DNA from: Negaprion brevirostris
Lineage: Eukaryota
Length of the DNA: 64,000 bases
NCBI GenBank assembly: GCA_030324005.1
Contig: JARDVH010000160.1
Span: 16,612,264 to 16,676,263 of the forward strand
Direction of reading: 5' to 3'
In this document: positions 13,351 through 26,536 of the stretch, in pieces
Position numbering within the stretch: position 1 is the first letter of the stretch
Layout: each line of letters opens with the position of its first letter
The notes under the pieces: model-generated
Told to the model about the DNA's origin: nothing
The model's database searches: none
Seen by the model: the letters and a program-made list of their open reading frames with translations, nothing else
Made by a program: the position numbers and the translations under genes

Positions 13351-15249
13351 ATTGATTGATTGTTTTTCGCCACTACTGTATAGATTTCCCCTCTGATGTT
13401 TTGTAATCTAATCTGCTCGTACTTTCCAGACGCAAGCGCTATGTGCAAGCTGAGTACGCACCAGTTACAACACAACTGTGAATCAGTTAGTTATAGCCTC
13501 TCATAAATCAGACTGACCAACACATATCACCCAAAGACTTATGAATGAAATTCAAACTGCTCTGCACGACAAACAAGTGGCCAAAGCCAAATCTCTTAGA
13601 CAGTGCCGGTCAAAAATGTACTGATTTAGATTATACAGATAAGTGTACAGATATGCAACATGTATCCATCTAATCCTCATAATGCTTGGGACTTAGAGGT
13701 GTGGAAATATGTAGTAAAAGTACGTTTGTTGGTGATGTGCAAGTCATTGGAGTGTGTAAGAGCATTCAGTCCAGAAGTAAGATCATGTCTAACTGCATTA
13801 AAATAGCCTTATTAATAATACCACTTCTGCAATTCTAAACTTCCAACATTGCTGTATTTTTGGACACAATGCAAGAAGTTTCAAAAGACCTTTCTCTGAC
13901 CTAGTCTATTGCAGACATCTTGTACTGAAATGCTACTGTTCCACACAGTGTTGCTGTGTATATATCATTCAAACCAGTCTGTTTTTCAACTCACAAGCAG
14001 ACCCATTCAATTCATTCCTGGCACAATTTTCTAATTTACATTTATTTTGTATAGAAAACTGAATAATTTCCCAATTCAATTGTATTTCTTTCATACAGAC
14101 ACTGAAGGATTTTCCTTTTTAATAAGTAATTCATTTTTAAAAAATTATATTTATGGTTTGAATAATTTCAAACAAATTTAAATGAAACATGTCTTGTAAA
14201 AAAATGACAGGATCAGCACTGGCTCTAACTGTTTATCCTAGAAACAACTGCAGCAAGAAAACAATATTCTTAAGTCTGTTCCCAAGCTGTGAAAAATAAT
14301 AAAACACACATCAAACCAGAAAGCCTGCAGTTGAAGGAGTACATGAACAGTTTTCTGGACCATTATCCATAACAATCTTGAGTGGGGTTTACAATGGCTT
14401 GTTATGCGAAGTACTCTCATTGCCAAAAAAATTGTGGTAGCCCTTGTACTAAAAGCAATGAAGTCATGTGTTCAAACTATCCAGTGAACTAAATGTGTCA
14501 GCATCTTAACTGGGGCACAGGGAAAGCTGAATATCTTTAAGCCCATAAATCTGGATTAGTATAATGTGTTAACCCTTGAAATACAGACAAAAATGCTTCA
14601 ATTTTTCTTTATCATTGTTTAATAATGGCTGTCAGCTCTAGTCTAGAATTGTCAGATATGTTTCATTCTCTAGCTTCTCAATGCAGGGAAACCTCTGTTA
14701 GTTCCTTTTATATTTAACTTTTTGACTGCTTTTTCTTAGGAATCATTACTACTGGGAACTTCCAATGTTAATTTCAAATTGAACATCCATACATCCCTTT
14801 ACCACATGCCAGAGTAAGAATGTTGGTCCATTGGACATGCAGCACAAGTTATTGTATGTAACCTGACCCATTTGAGAATGGTGACTGAAGTCAAAGCAAA
14901 ACCTGTTGTATTTTTGTTGTGAGACGAGGGTATCCACACCGTGGGTCACGATTCCCAGGGAGAGGAGTTGCGAGTTCCAAGGCAGATACAGCAACTGTGG
15001 ATTGCAGCCTCTGATTGGAATGTAATTGGAACAGCACATCCTAAGAAAGTTTTCTCTGAGGTCCACCATTCTGTAAAACGATTTCAGCTTTCTAGCTGCT
15101 GCTTCCTCCTCTCAACCCAAGCTCTGCCAGTTCTTCACATTCCCCCTGCTCTGGTAGCTCTCCATCCTACCTCTCCATCATTTTGACCCGGGGAGGGGGG
15201 GGGTCTCAACAATTCTGGAACATTAAGATGAAATTACAATAGGGAAATA

Positions 15250-15356
15250 TTTAGGAAGCACTGGTGTAAGGGTTAACTGGACTGTTCCTATTGTAGATTT
15301 ATCATTATAACATGAACCTTGCAGTCCAGTTAACCCTTACACCAGTACTTCCTAAA
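15250..15356. repeat. 35-bp inverted repeat with 37-nt spacer
   Basis: 15250-15284 tttaggaagcactggtgtaagggttaactggactg pairs with 15322-15356 with one mismatch. Confidence 0.95.
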
Positions 15357-15587
15357 CATAGAACCACCCTCAGTTGCAAAGTTCATCCTCAGCAGCAGCA
15401 GTAAAATTGCAACTTGCTCATACTGTACAGCAGGAACCTACATGCTTGATTAGGTATCTCCATTGCATAATTTGCATTGTTATCTTTCTGCACCACCATG
15501 TATGGATGGATTAGCCAGGAAAAGTATAATTTACTTTTTCTTATTCTTAACAAAAGCTAACATCCTCGTGGTATTTCTAATTTTTTT

Positions 15588-15945
15588 TATTCATTCTGAG
15601 CCAGCATTTATTGCCCATCCTTAACTGACCTTGGACTAAATGGGCTTGTTAGGCCATTTCAGATGACAAATGAGTCAACAACATAGCTGTGGGTCTGGAC
15701 TCATGTAGGTCAGATCAGGCAAAGTTGGCAGACTTCCATTCTAAGGAACTTTAGTGAACCAGATTAGTTTTATGAAAATCTACCATAGTTTCATGATCAT
15801 CATCAGACTTTTAATTTCATATTTTTTATTGAATTCAGATTTTAGCATCTGTAATGGAAGGATTTAATCCTGGGTTCCTAGTGCATTACCCTGGACCTCT
15901 GGATTAATATTCTAGTGACAATGTCACTGCTCCACCGCCTCCCTT
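15588..15945 (-). mobile_element. tRNA-derived SINE sharing its 3' tail with the LINE at 20390-21350
   Basis: ccagcatttattgcccatcc is the reverse complement of the LINE tail ggatgggcaataaatgctgg. Related copies at about 38715-39545, 47765-47932, 59540-59980 and 60395-60685. Confidence 0.75.
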
Positions 15946-16029
15946 AATATCGGAAATTATTGTTGTACCAGATTTTCTGCTACTCTTGCACACACACAGG
16001 AATAATCCTGGAAGTATTCAGCTGACCAA

Positions 16030-16170
16030 ATAAACTATTGAATATTTTTAAGGCTGAAGTAGATAGATTCTTGACAAACAAGGGGATGAAACATTATAAA
16101 GGGTAGGTGGGAATGTGGAGTTGAGGTTACAGTCAATTCAACCATGACTTAAATGAATGGCAGAACAGGG
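16030..16170 (+). mobile_element. CR1 3' fragment
   Basis: ttgaatatttttaaggctgaagtagatagattcttg...gggaatgtggagttgagg...ccatga..tgaatggcag. Confidence 0.75.
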
Positions 16171-16578
16171 TTTGCACAATTGTGTGTACATCTAAACTTC
16201 AATTCCTATTTCATCAGGTCTCTTCCATTGATGTCAACTTTTTTATTTGTGCTGTTACAAAGTTGAAAAGGGCCTCTGCTCTGTTTTCCAGCCCTCTCCT
16301 TTCACATGTCTTTGAGAATTATAAAGTAGCTTTTCCTTCATTGGACCCCAAATGTTCAGTTGATTGCCAGCTAACCTGACTGCAACAGAAGCTTGAATGC
16401 ATAGGATTCCCCACACCTTTCAATTCCAACTGCCTGACAATAGTTGCATCAGGTTAACATTAAACCCCATTTACAAATGTCTAAATGTTAGAATGGATTG
16501 ATATACCCATATATACCCATTTGGTTGTTTTGGTGCTTATGACAGATCACAAAAATATTTTCAAATGTTGGTGAAATT

Positions 16579-16755
16579 AAGAACATAAGAAATAGGAGCA
16601 GGAGTAGGCCATCCAGCCCTTCGAGCGTGCCCCGCCATTCAATGAGATCATGGCTGATCTGTCGTGGCTCAGTTCCATACTCCCGCCCTCTCCCCATAAC
16701 CCTTAATCCCCTCGCTTATCAAAAACCCATCAACCCGCGTCTTAAAAATATTTAG
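16579..16755 (-). mobile_element. CR1 3' end, young copy, running into a gap
   Basis: aagaacataagaaataggagcaggagtaggccat...; CpG retained; inverse of 1-133. Confidence 0.88.
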
Positions 16756-19700
16756 NNNNNNNNNNNNNNNNNNNNNNNNNNNNNNNNNNNNNNNNNNNNN
16801 NNNNNNNNNNNNNNNNNNNNNNNNNNNNNNNNNNNNNNNNNNNNNNNNNNNNNNNCCACAACGATTCCACTTTCTGCTCTTTGGTTCCTATATCATCCCT
16901 TACTACCACCCTGATGCTATCCTTAATCAGCAAAGCTGACACCTGAATCAAATTGCACAGTATATCAATACTTTCAGTTAATTACCATATGCCATTTAGA
17001 ACAAATGTGCAGGCAGTATATTCACGGTGCGTACATTTGTCAAACCAGTTCTTGGAATAACCAAGGCTGATATCTGAGATTTAGAAATACCATAATTGGT
17101 CTGCATGCCCTGCACTAGATTAGATACTTTAATTCTCAGTAAATAACAACATCACTGTGGATTCCACTTGCCCATTTATATAAAGATACAGTAAAACAAC
17201 AAGGAAGGCACATTACCTTCCAGGCCGAAATCCCTTATATAGATTCAGAATTTTGGATTTATGGCATTCTGGTAGACTTTAATCCAATGTTTGGCTCAGT
17301 TCCACAGAAACATCTCATTCTTGCAACGGCAAAGTTAAATGATTCATATGAAGAGAATAGTGCCAACTTTAGAATGGACATTCTGTATTGGAAAGACATT
17401 TAGGAACACTGGTACTGTGAAATGCTGTCATACATCCCATATTGCCTGTAAGTTTAATGGAAATAGTTTGGGAACAAATCCAGTAACAAGTGCATCATTT
17501 ATTAGACTGGACGTGAGTGCTTCTTCTGAAGTAATCCGGTGCCAGGCATTACTGCATAACTTCTTCCGGGAAGAATGTGGGACAGCTGACAGGCATGCTT
17601 TCCAGTTCAATGCAGATCAATTGGTTGCAATTCTAGCTTGAAATAAAAGTGATGATGGAAACCAAATATCTGAGAGATGGCTACATTTGTTCATTTCTCT
17701 TTCAGCTTTGTGGTAGCAGTTGCTCACAGACTGCACAATTTCAAACATACCTCAAACTATTAAGTAGCTTTGCTTTTGTTCCAACAACTTTAAGTCAATT
17801 TAAGATTTACCAATATGAAGTCAGTCAACCTGCAGCATGGTGAATTTTTTATCAGCTTCATAAAGAATTCATTAAAAAGTTTCTTTTAAATCAGCTTTTG
17901 CTATGTTTCTTCACCTCTGGGACAAGGATTTTAATGCAGCATGGACTAATGGGATGAAACCCTTCTCTTTACATCTATTGTTAGGACTCTTTGTCAATTG
18001 AAGCAGACTCAAGTCAGTTCTGGAAGGGGCACAAAGGCAGAATAAACACTATCCACAATTTTACAATCTGACTGAGAGAAATCAAAAGAACTATTGTGGT
18101 CAAAAATAGTTGATGAGTTCAAGAAACAATACATAGATAGACCACCAGAAGGTGTTTTGCACTGCTACATCTGATTTTGGAAAGATCAAGTGCTAATAAC
18201 AGAAAAGGTCCATTTTCTGATAGCTAACTCACTGACCGATACCACAAAAACTATCAAAATATACATCAGTGAATAGAAAGACACCTTGCAGGCTAGTTCA
18301 GCAACACATTCTTCTATTCATCAAGGCCCAAAATCCTGACAGTAGTTTAACGGTTTTGCATTTCATATTACAGGTCCTGTTTATCGCTATATGTGGCCTG
18401 CTAGCACAAAAACATCAAGCTATTTGGTGATGTGGTACTTACTTTTTCATTGTAGATATAGCCGAATAGCACTGATCAACACAGCAGAACTCCTAATCTC
18501 CTTTACACTAATGGCATTCTAATGTTCTCCATTTGTATAGAAGAGGAGAAAGCTTCAAAGCCAAGAGAGAGTTTGAAATGGAGTCAGTTAAGGTTCTTCT
18601 AATTTTACCTAACTGCAATTATTACTTTTGTAATCCTTAAAAAGTTATTACCCCAATTTATCTTTCATACACCACTCCTCAATAGGAAAGCAATATAGCA
18701 ATGTATTTCCATTTCTCGCCAATGCTTCTTTGCAAGAGTTCTAAAAGTCAACCAGGTCATTTTTCTAATGCTTTGCCTCTCTTCCAGGAAGTGTGTTGTT
18801 ATCAACCCTCAGTATTTCTGTGAATTACTGACCTGAGTTTGAAGCATCATCATGTGAGAAATCCCATGTGATATTTTTGATTCTGTATTACAGTGCATTA
18901 ATGTAGCTTTGTCTCCTCACCCCGCCCCCCCCCCATCCATTTTCAATTCCAATTGATCTCTATATTCCAGTTTTGTCTATCACTATTAAATACAAGACTA
19001 AGTGTTGAGACAAACAGTACCTGAAGCTACTCAAAACTTGCATTACAAATTAATGTTCAATTTTCCCAATGAACACAGGACTATTGCATACTATTACACT
19101 TAGCAGTGGCCTGATAGGTCAACATTAGGCTGATATGGCCTTCCTCATTCTTTGAAGCTACTTCAACCAATATATACAATGGGAACAAAAAGATTTTTTT
19201 CCAACACTGTCAATAAAAGTACTGGCTGTCCTGAGCTACAAACCAATGACAATAATATTTTGGTGAAATTATGTGAGTTGCTGCAATTAGCTGCTCAGTG
19301 TAATGGCAACTTCTCTAAAGGTTGGCCCATGAATTGAGTACAACACAAACAGACTGCGCTCCAACTTCTCCTGCCAGCACCTGCCCTTGAAGAAATCAAG
19401 GTAAAAAGGAAAGATTGTCCTAATCACTTCTCTTTTTAGTGGTGCATTTATCTTAGGTTTATTCTCATGAATTGTAGCTATTCACTTTGGCAAACACACT
19501 AGGTTCCACCTAAGTGAAAAGTTGAAATTGCGTGAAGTTTCTTGTACATACTGCTGAAATTAATCAGGGTTTAAAGATCTGGGGAAGAGGTTATTTCAAG
19601 CTTCAAAAGTTTTGAATTTATAAGCTTTATGCAATTTCAAGAAAGGTGCTGAATTGTATATAGTCTGTAACTCACATTGACACTAGTCCACTAAAATTAT

Positions 19701-20391
19701 TGTAAAACTATTTCTAATTCTACCTACAGAAACAACTTTATAAACTGTCACCAATTGTGGTGTTAACAATGAAAATATATGCAATAACTATGAATCAGGG
19801 CACGAGGAAGAGCAGAGCTAGCATGTGGAGACCTGATCAACTGTAGAGAAAAAAACAGCAGAAGCAGAGACCCTTGAAAGAATAAAGCACAAAGAAGGAG
19901 AAGAACAAATTCAATTGGACTTAGTGATAGTTAGGTAGCTAACAACTGTTAATTAATGATTTCAGAAATGAAGGATAAACAAATTATTTTACTGATACCA
20001 ACTTTGAGAATGTCAGATTCCTTTGGAGGTAATTAATTTCTTAAAAGGATAGAAATTATACACTTCCCTTTAAATCCATCAAAATATTTAGGTATTCTTT
20101 ATATAACAATGTCAAATGTCTGGTAAATTTCTTAGTTCTAACACTGATGTGAAGATATGGCTACAATATAATTCTACACATAACTCATCAGCAAATCTGT
20201 AGTCTTCTGCAGTGTATTATCATGTAGGCTACAACAGCAGCAACACAAGTACTTCCATCGAAACCCCTATACTCAGGACTATTATTTTCACAGGGTCTGA
20301 ATAAAGTTTCATCAAAGGGAACAGTATGTATAAAAGACACTTGTTGCTCTGATTGGTTAAACTGGTGCCATGATTATATTTTAAATATATT

Positions 20392-21350
20392 AAAGTCATC
20401 TCAGCTCCAGGACATCGCTGCAAGAGTCACTCAGGGTAGTGTCCTAGACGCAACAATCTTCAGCTGCTTCATCAATGACCTTCTCTACACCATAAGGTCA
20501 AAAGTGGAGATGTTCATTGGTGAATGCACAGTGTTCCGTACCATTCACGACTCCTCAATACTGAAGCAGTCCATGTTCAAATGCAACATGATTTGGGCAA
20601 TATCCAGGCCTGGGCTGACAAATGGTAAGTAACACTCGCCCCACACAAAAGCCAGGCAATGGTCATCACCAATAAGAGACACTCTTATCACTGATTCTTG
20701 ACACTCAATGGTGTTACCATCCTGAATCCCAAACTGTCAACATCCTTGGGGTTAACACTGAAGAAACTCAGTTGGGCTCACTACATAAACACAGTGCTAC
20801 AACAGCAGTTCAAAGGCTAAGAATACTGCGGCGAGTAACTCACCTCCTGACTCCCCGGAACCTATCCATCATCTACAAGGCACAAGTCAGAAGTGTGATG
20901 GAATGCTCCCCACTTGCCTGGATGGGTCAACCTACTTGATTGGCACCATGTCTACAAACATTCAATCCCTCCACGACTGACGCTCAATAGCAGCAGTAAT
21001 ATCTGCAAGATGCACTGCAGCAATTCACCAAAGATCCTTAGACAGCACCTTCCAAATCCATGACCACTTCCATCTAAAAGGACAAGGGCAGCAGATAAAT
21101 GGGAACACCAGCACCTGCAAGTTCTTTTCCAAGCCACTCACCATCCTGACTTGGAAATATATCGCCATTCCTTCACAGTCGCTGGGTCAAAATCCTGGAA
21201 TTCGCTCCCTATTGGCATTGTGGGTCAACCCACAGAACATGGACGGCAGTGATTCAAGAAGGCAGCTCACCACCACCTTCTCAAGGGCAACTAAGGATGG
21301 GCAATAAATGCTGGCCAGCCACGAATGAATGTCCCATGAATAAATAAAGA
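20392..21350 (+). mobile_element. 5'-truncated LINE (CR1/L2-clade) with degenerate RT domain and 3' UTR
   Basis: 20420-20482 translates to ARVTQGSVLDATIFSCFINDL (PQGSVLGP motif), with later IYKAQVRSVME. It ends in ggatgggcaataaatgctggcc...(atga)n. Confidence 0.88.
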
Positions 21351-24300
21351 ATATATAAAACAAACAAAGTTATTTTAGCCGAAAGATGAAAATGGGCATG
21401 TCTGTTTGAAAGATTTAATGCACAGTTTTGGTCCTAATTGATTACCATAATTTAAACTTACCTGGAGATTTATGCCAGAAATCTGTAAGCTTAGCACTCA
21501 GTTGCTGGTTAAATGCAATTTACATGCAGTGGCATATTTGGTGGGCTCCCTCAATATCCAGGATGACTCAGGGAATGACAGAGAGGCCATTGCGGGTTCT
21601 TGGATGCAGTACTGGAGGTCTTAAATTAAAGAGATCCAGTGAATGAGGTGGGTAAGGAAAGTAAACATATCTCTTCTGCAACAGCTCGTACTGCGCCTTG
21701 TCTAGACAAAGTCAAATGCCAAGTAAGATGCTTATGAAACATCCCCTTTCTCCTGGTGACTCTTAAAGTGGAGCAGCACAGCACATACTCTTCTCAAATG
21801 AAGGCTGCAACAGCTTCTCGAATAAATGTTGTTCATGTATTGGTTGAATCTTGACAACATTGTCTAGAATATTTCCCAGTGCTTTAAGAGGTATTTTTCA
21901 CAGCTGCTGTAGTAATGACCATGAAATGGTGAGTATCCATTTAAATTGTGAGTTTCCCTTTTACACTTGAAATTGACATCAAAACTATTTTTACTCCTAA
22001 ACAGCTGGTCACTGTTAATTAAAGCTCTAGTCACAAAATACCATCCAGCCACTTTGATGAGCACTAGCAGGCATTTTACTATTTAACCAGGTGTTCATTT
22101 CTAGCATTGACCTCAACCCTTTTACCAAGGCAATGTCTTGCATTAAAGGTGTGCTACACTAGCATTACCGTTTCCAACCTCACCTCGGCTACCACATTGG
22201 CTATTTGGCACCTAATGTATCTGGTGAAAATCACTGACAGAGTTTAGTTAAGGCCTAGAATCAATATTTTTAAAATTCCTACCCATATGTATTTTAGGTG
22301 TTGCTTCCTTTGCTTATCTTTTTAGCTTGTCAGCTTTTAACCATTTTAGAGTGTCAAAAACTGCAATGTTCCCACACCTCACTGATGTAGCAAGTATTGT
22401 GTTTGTGCAGATTGAATCTAGCATAACGGCCTGACCTGGTAATAGAAACTGAACTTGGTAAGATATCTCAAGCAGGCAGTATGACTCTCCTTTACTATCT
22501 TCACATTTAATGTTGGTGCAAAGCAGTTCCAGTTAAAAGTATGACTAAGTTTGTGGAGTTAGATGGCACTTTGCAGTCTCCAACACATGGGCAGCAAAAA
22601 CACATTGCATGGTAACATGGATATATTGTTGCTGTAATTTATGTTAGTATGCATGGCTGCTGACTGGTTTACTGTTCAGCAGATGCTGGTCTAATTCATT
22701 TCTACATAATGTTCTAGCCAGTCACATGTGGACACACACGGACACCTCTAGGTACCTTCCCAGCTACTGTCCAGTACCAACGCGCTTCCACTTGGCAGCA
22801 CAAATTGTTCTTCCATAATAACCTGACTCAAAAATAGTCTCCCCACATACAGAGCATGAAGAGCTGGCCCTTTGAAGGGAACATAAAAAGTGCATAATGT
22901 TAACACTCTGCCAAGTGGAAAGCACTAATGCTGCAGAAACCTGAAATGAGATCCAGTTACTTTTCATTATTCGAATGTTATTTAATTTAGAGTAAATGTT
23001 GACACCATCACCAAACCATTTGACACGAAAACATGACATCCATGGTTGTTCAAGTGTTATAGTGCTTTCCTAAAGTGCTACATATATTGCTGATTTTTAT
23101 ACTGAGCCATGTAGAGAATTTCAATGTAGCACTGTCAATCTACAGCTTGACTGCATCAACTTACACTTCATTAGTTATAGCAGTGCTGTAATTCAACTCA
23201 GCCTTTATTTTCTTCTTTCATTCTTATGAATTACTAGGCNNNNNNNNNNNNNNNNNNAAAGGCTTCCATGTGACTGGCTAGAACGTTCTGTACACTGGGG
23301 TTCCTCACCACCTTTCCCAAAGTTATTGGTATTTGACACTTCTGTCAGGTATACAGTTAATATGTCAATGTATTAAAATGGAAGAGCCACAGATTTGGGT
23401 CCATCAGTACTGCAGACTGCATTAAACCACACATGCTAGGCAAAGTGTTGGGTAATTTTTGTCCTCCTACTTCATGGAAGTGCAACTACAAATGTTATTA
23501 ATTATACTGGTGGTGTCACTAAATGCAGCCTCTATAATTACTATTGCATCTGGATACCTTGTCATGTCGTTACTGATAGTTTCCATATTGTACAATGCTC
23601 ATTTTGAAAAATATGTGAAGTAATTTTGTAATCATTTTCCAAACAAAAAACAGGCCCTTTTGCTGACATGAGAAATAGGAGTCACAGCTTAGAAGCAGAG
23701 GACCATGAAGAGGAGAAAGGGGGAATTTAGGAAAATTTTTAATTCTGCAACATGTCAGTTATAGGCTTCTCCATACAAAGAAAATAAATCTTAAATACTG
23801 GGTCAGTAACTGTGCTATCACCAAAACCATTGCAGTTTCTGCAGTTTCAATTTGCAACTGGCACATGCATGCTGTAGTGCAATACTCTATGAAACAGCTT
23901 AAAGAATTATTCATAGATTGCAGTATTGAAAAAAAATAGACATAATGTACATTGTTAAAATCTAATCATGACCTAACAAAGGAGGTCTTGTACTGCAATG
24001 GGTAACATCTCTGCCTCTGAGCCAGAAGCTCTGGATTACAGTGCCATCTAGAACTTGTTCTCCAGAGCATTGAACCTGGTGGCTGTGGCTGTGGTGAGTG
24101 CCTGATTTGAATTGAAAACCGCTTTGTTTCTGTACTTCCGGNNNNNNNNNNNNNNNNNNNNNNNNNNNNNNNNNNNNNNNNNNNNNNNNNNNNNNNNNNN
24201 NNNNNNNNNNNNNNNNNNNNNNNNNNNNNNNNNNNNNNNNNGTGTAGGGTGATGGCGGCGCGGGCTCGTTGGGCCGAAGGGCCTGTTTCCCGTGCTGGGT

Positions 24301-24708
24301 TGTTCTTTGTTCTTTGATGGCCAAGGAAGGTGTGTGTATAATGTGACTACCTCGTTGAGTGTCAACCTGCAAAGTCTTTCCAACACATGCAAATGGCAGA
24401 CAGTAAGAGTGGGAGAGCATGCTGGTCAGCCATGCCTAATGCAGCGCGATGCCCCCTCAAGCTACAAGTCCCTGTGACAGGCTAGTGACTACTTCAAAAA
24501 AGATCTCGCTATGGGAACAGAAGTTCGCCTAGTGCACCACTAGGTGTGGGAAATGAAACAACATGTCTAACCAACCATAAAACAAAATAAACCCTTAAGC
24601 ACCAATGTGCTAACAATAACTCAGCTATAACTAACGGCAGGGAGATAACAATTTAAATAGTTGTTGGAGGAGGTTCACAAAGATATCCTTACTGCACTTA
24701 AACTCAAT

Positions 24709-26186
24709 TGCCACATTTATAGGTAATGTATGTAACATGCATGACTTCAAACACATTGCTTGTCAACCTTCTACAGTAAGGCATACAGAGAATTTAGAGG
24801 AGTCATAGGCTGTGCTTGCAGCAGTTTTTTTCGTATTCTATGTCAATGGAGCTAATGTGTCCCAAGTATCTATCAAGAACAATGTTTAAAATACATCTGC
24901 TTCAATCGTTCTGTCACATCAGCACAGAAATTTTGGAGCTGGTCTGGCTCCCGGTCCAAGCAAACATTCCCATGCAATACTCGGAAAAATACATAGCTAA
25001 TCCAATGTCTGTTATGTAAATGTGGCACTTCACTATGTCTGTTTTTATGTTCCTGTAACCATTAAAAACCGTAGAATTAATATGCATTAAAAAATGTATT
25101 AAAGGCTATAGGTTTAAATACATGTTTAAAGCATGAATTCTTAATGCTGATTCGTGAATACAGTAAAATTGAACCACAAACAATTTTAGAGTTTTTGGTT
25201 CTGGTTCTTGGGCAAACTTCTTAGTCTGGTAAAACTGGAAAACAGACTTTCCAATGAGGGAAGAGCAAAATACTCACCAACTATGCTAAGAAAGAAAGAT
25301 AATGCTATCGCTGTAGGAATTTTTTCATTTCAACTTTCCAGCATTTTGCTGCAAATTCTCTGCTTGGTCTGATCCTTAGTGACTTATTATCCTCTAGGTC
25401 ATCAGCTGATTTCCCTCCTTTTCCTTAAGGATTAATTTCTGGTACTGAAGTTCAAATAACTAATCTAGACAACTATAAAGTTAACTTGTTATTTTTAAAA
25501 CAAACCTACGTACAAAGGGAAGCAACAGGTCATGTTAAAATTTTCTGCCTGCTAATAATTCACAAGCCATTCCATCCTTGATGACTGCACATGAGAATTT
25601 TTACAGATCCTGTAACTGTCAGAACCAGGTTAATGTGGGTGTGTCCTTTAAGAGGAAGTTGNNNNNNNNNNNNNNNNNNNNNNNNNNNNNNNNNNNNNNN
25701 NNNNNNNNNNNNNNNNNNNNNNNNNNNNNNNNNNNNNNNNCATTTAATTACTGAACAGCATTCAAAGTTCCTTATGTTATAAAGCTGCATTGTGCTCCAC
25801 TCCAAACGCAATAGCACAGTGCTAACCAAATGAAGATTAAAGCTTGCAGGAACAGTCAAGCTCCAATTCTATTGCCTTTCTTCAGCATCAACACTCCTCA
25901 CCTCCACCCAGCTATCCCATATCTGTGTTCAAATACCCATCACCCATTTTCCTTAACAATGTAACCGACACTAACAAACTGTAACACTGGAATTGACATT
26001 AATAAACCATAACACTGTATTTACAAGACATTGACATCAAGTACACTGTTTTACATCAATAGGGTGTTGCCAATAAAATACTTTGGGGAAAAGGTGCCAC
26101 ATTTATAGGTAATGTTTGTAACATGCATGACTTCAAACACATTACTTGTCAACCTTCTACAGTAAGGCACACGGAGAATTTAGAGG
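24709..26186 (+). repeat. 92-bp direct repeat pair (24709-24800 and 26095-26186)
   Basis: tgccacatttataggtaatgt...gagaatttagagg occurs twice with 4 mismatches. Confidence 0.95.
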
Positions 26187-26536
26187 CCAAGTTATCCTTG
26201 GGGGCATGCATATATAAATGAATCCTTATTTTGAAGTCATACATTGTGTCCTTATTTTCATATTTCCATTGTAAACTCCTACAGCAAAGGTAAGTTATAT
26301 TGTAAGTTTCTAGAGATAAAAGACTTCAGTTATATTGATTGATTGATTGGAGAAAAAGGGACAGCTCACATTAGAGGGGAGAAAGTTGAGAGATGTGAAA
26401 GCAATGTTTGAAATCGATAGAGATCTAGACAGAGTAGATAGGGACAAAGTGTTGGGATACTAGTTCAGAAACCCCAAGGTACATTATGAAACCAGACTAG
26501 AACCCCACAATTTTCTGTTTGGCATTAGGAGAATAA

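Noticed and set aside
22756-22816. ATG..GT segment MEEQFVLPSGSALVLDSSWE (minus strand)
   Set aside because: Weak donor (GTACCT) and phase 1; no supporting evidence.
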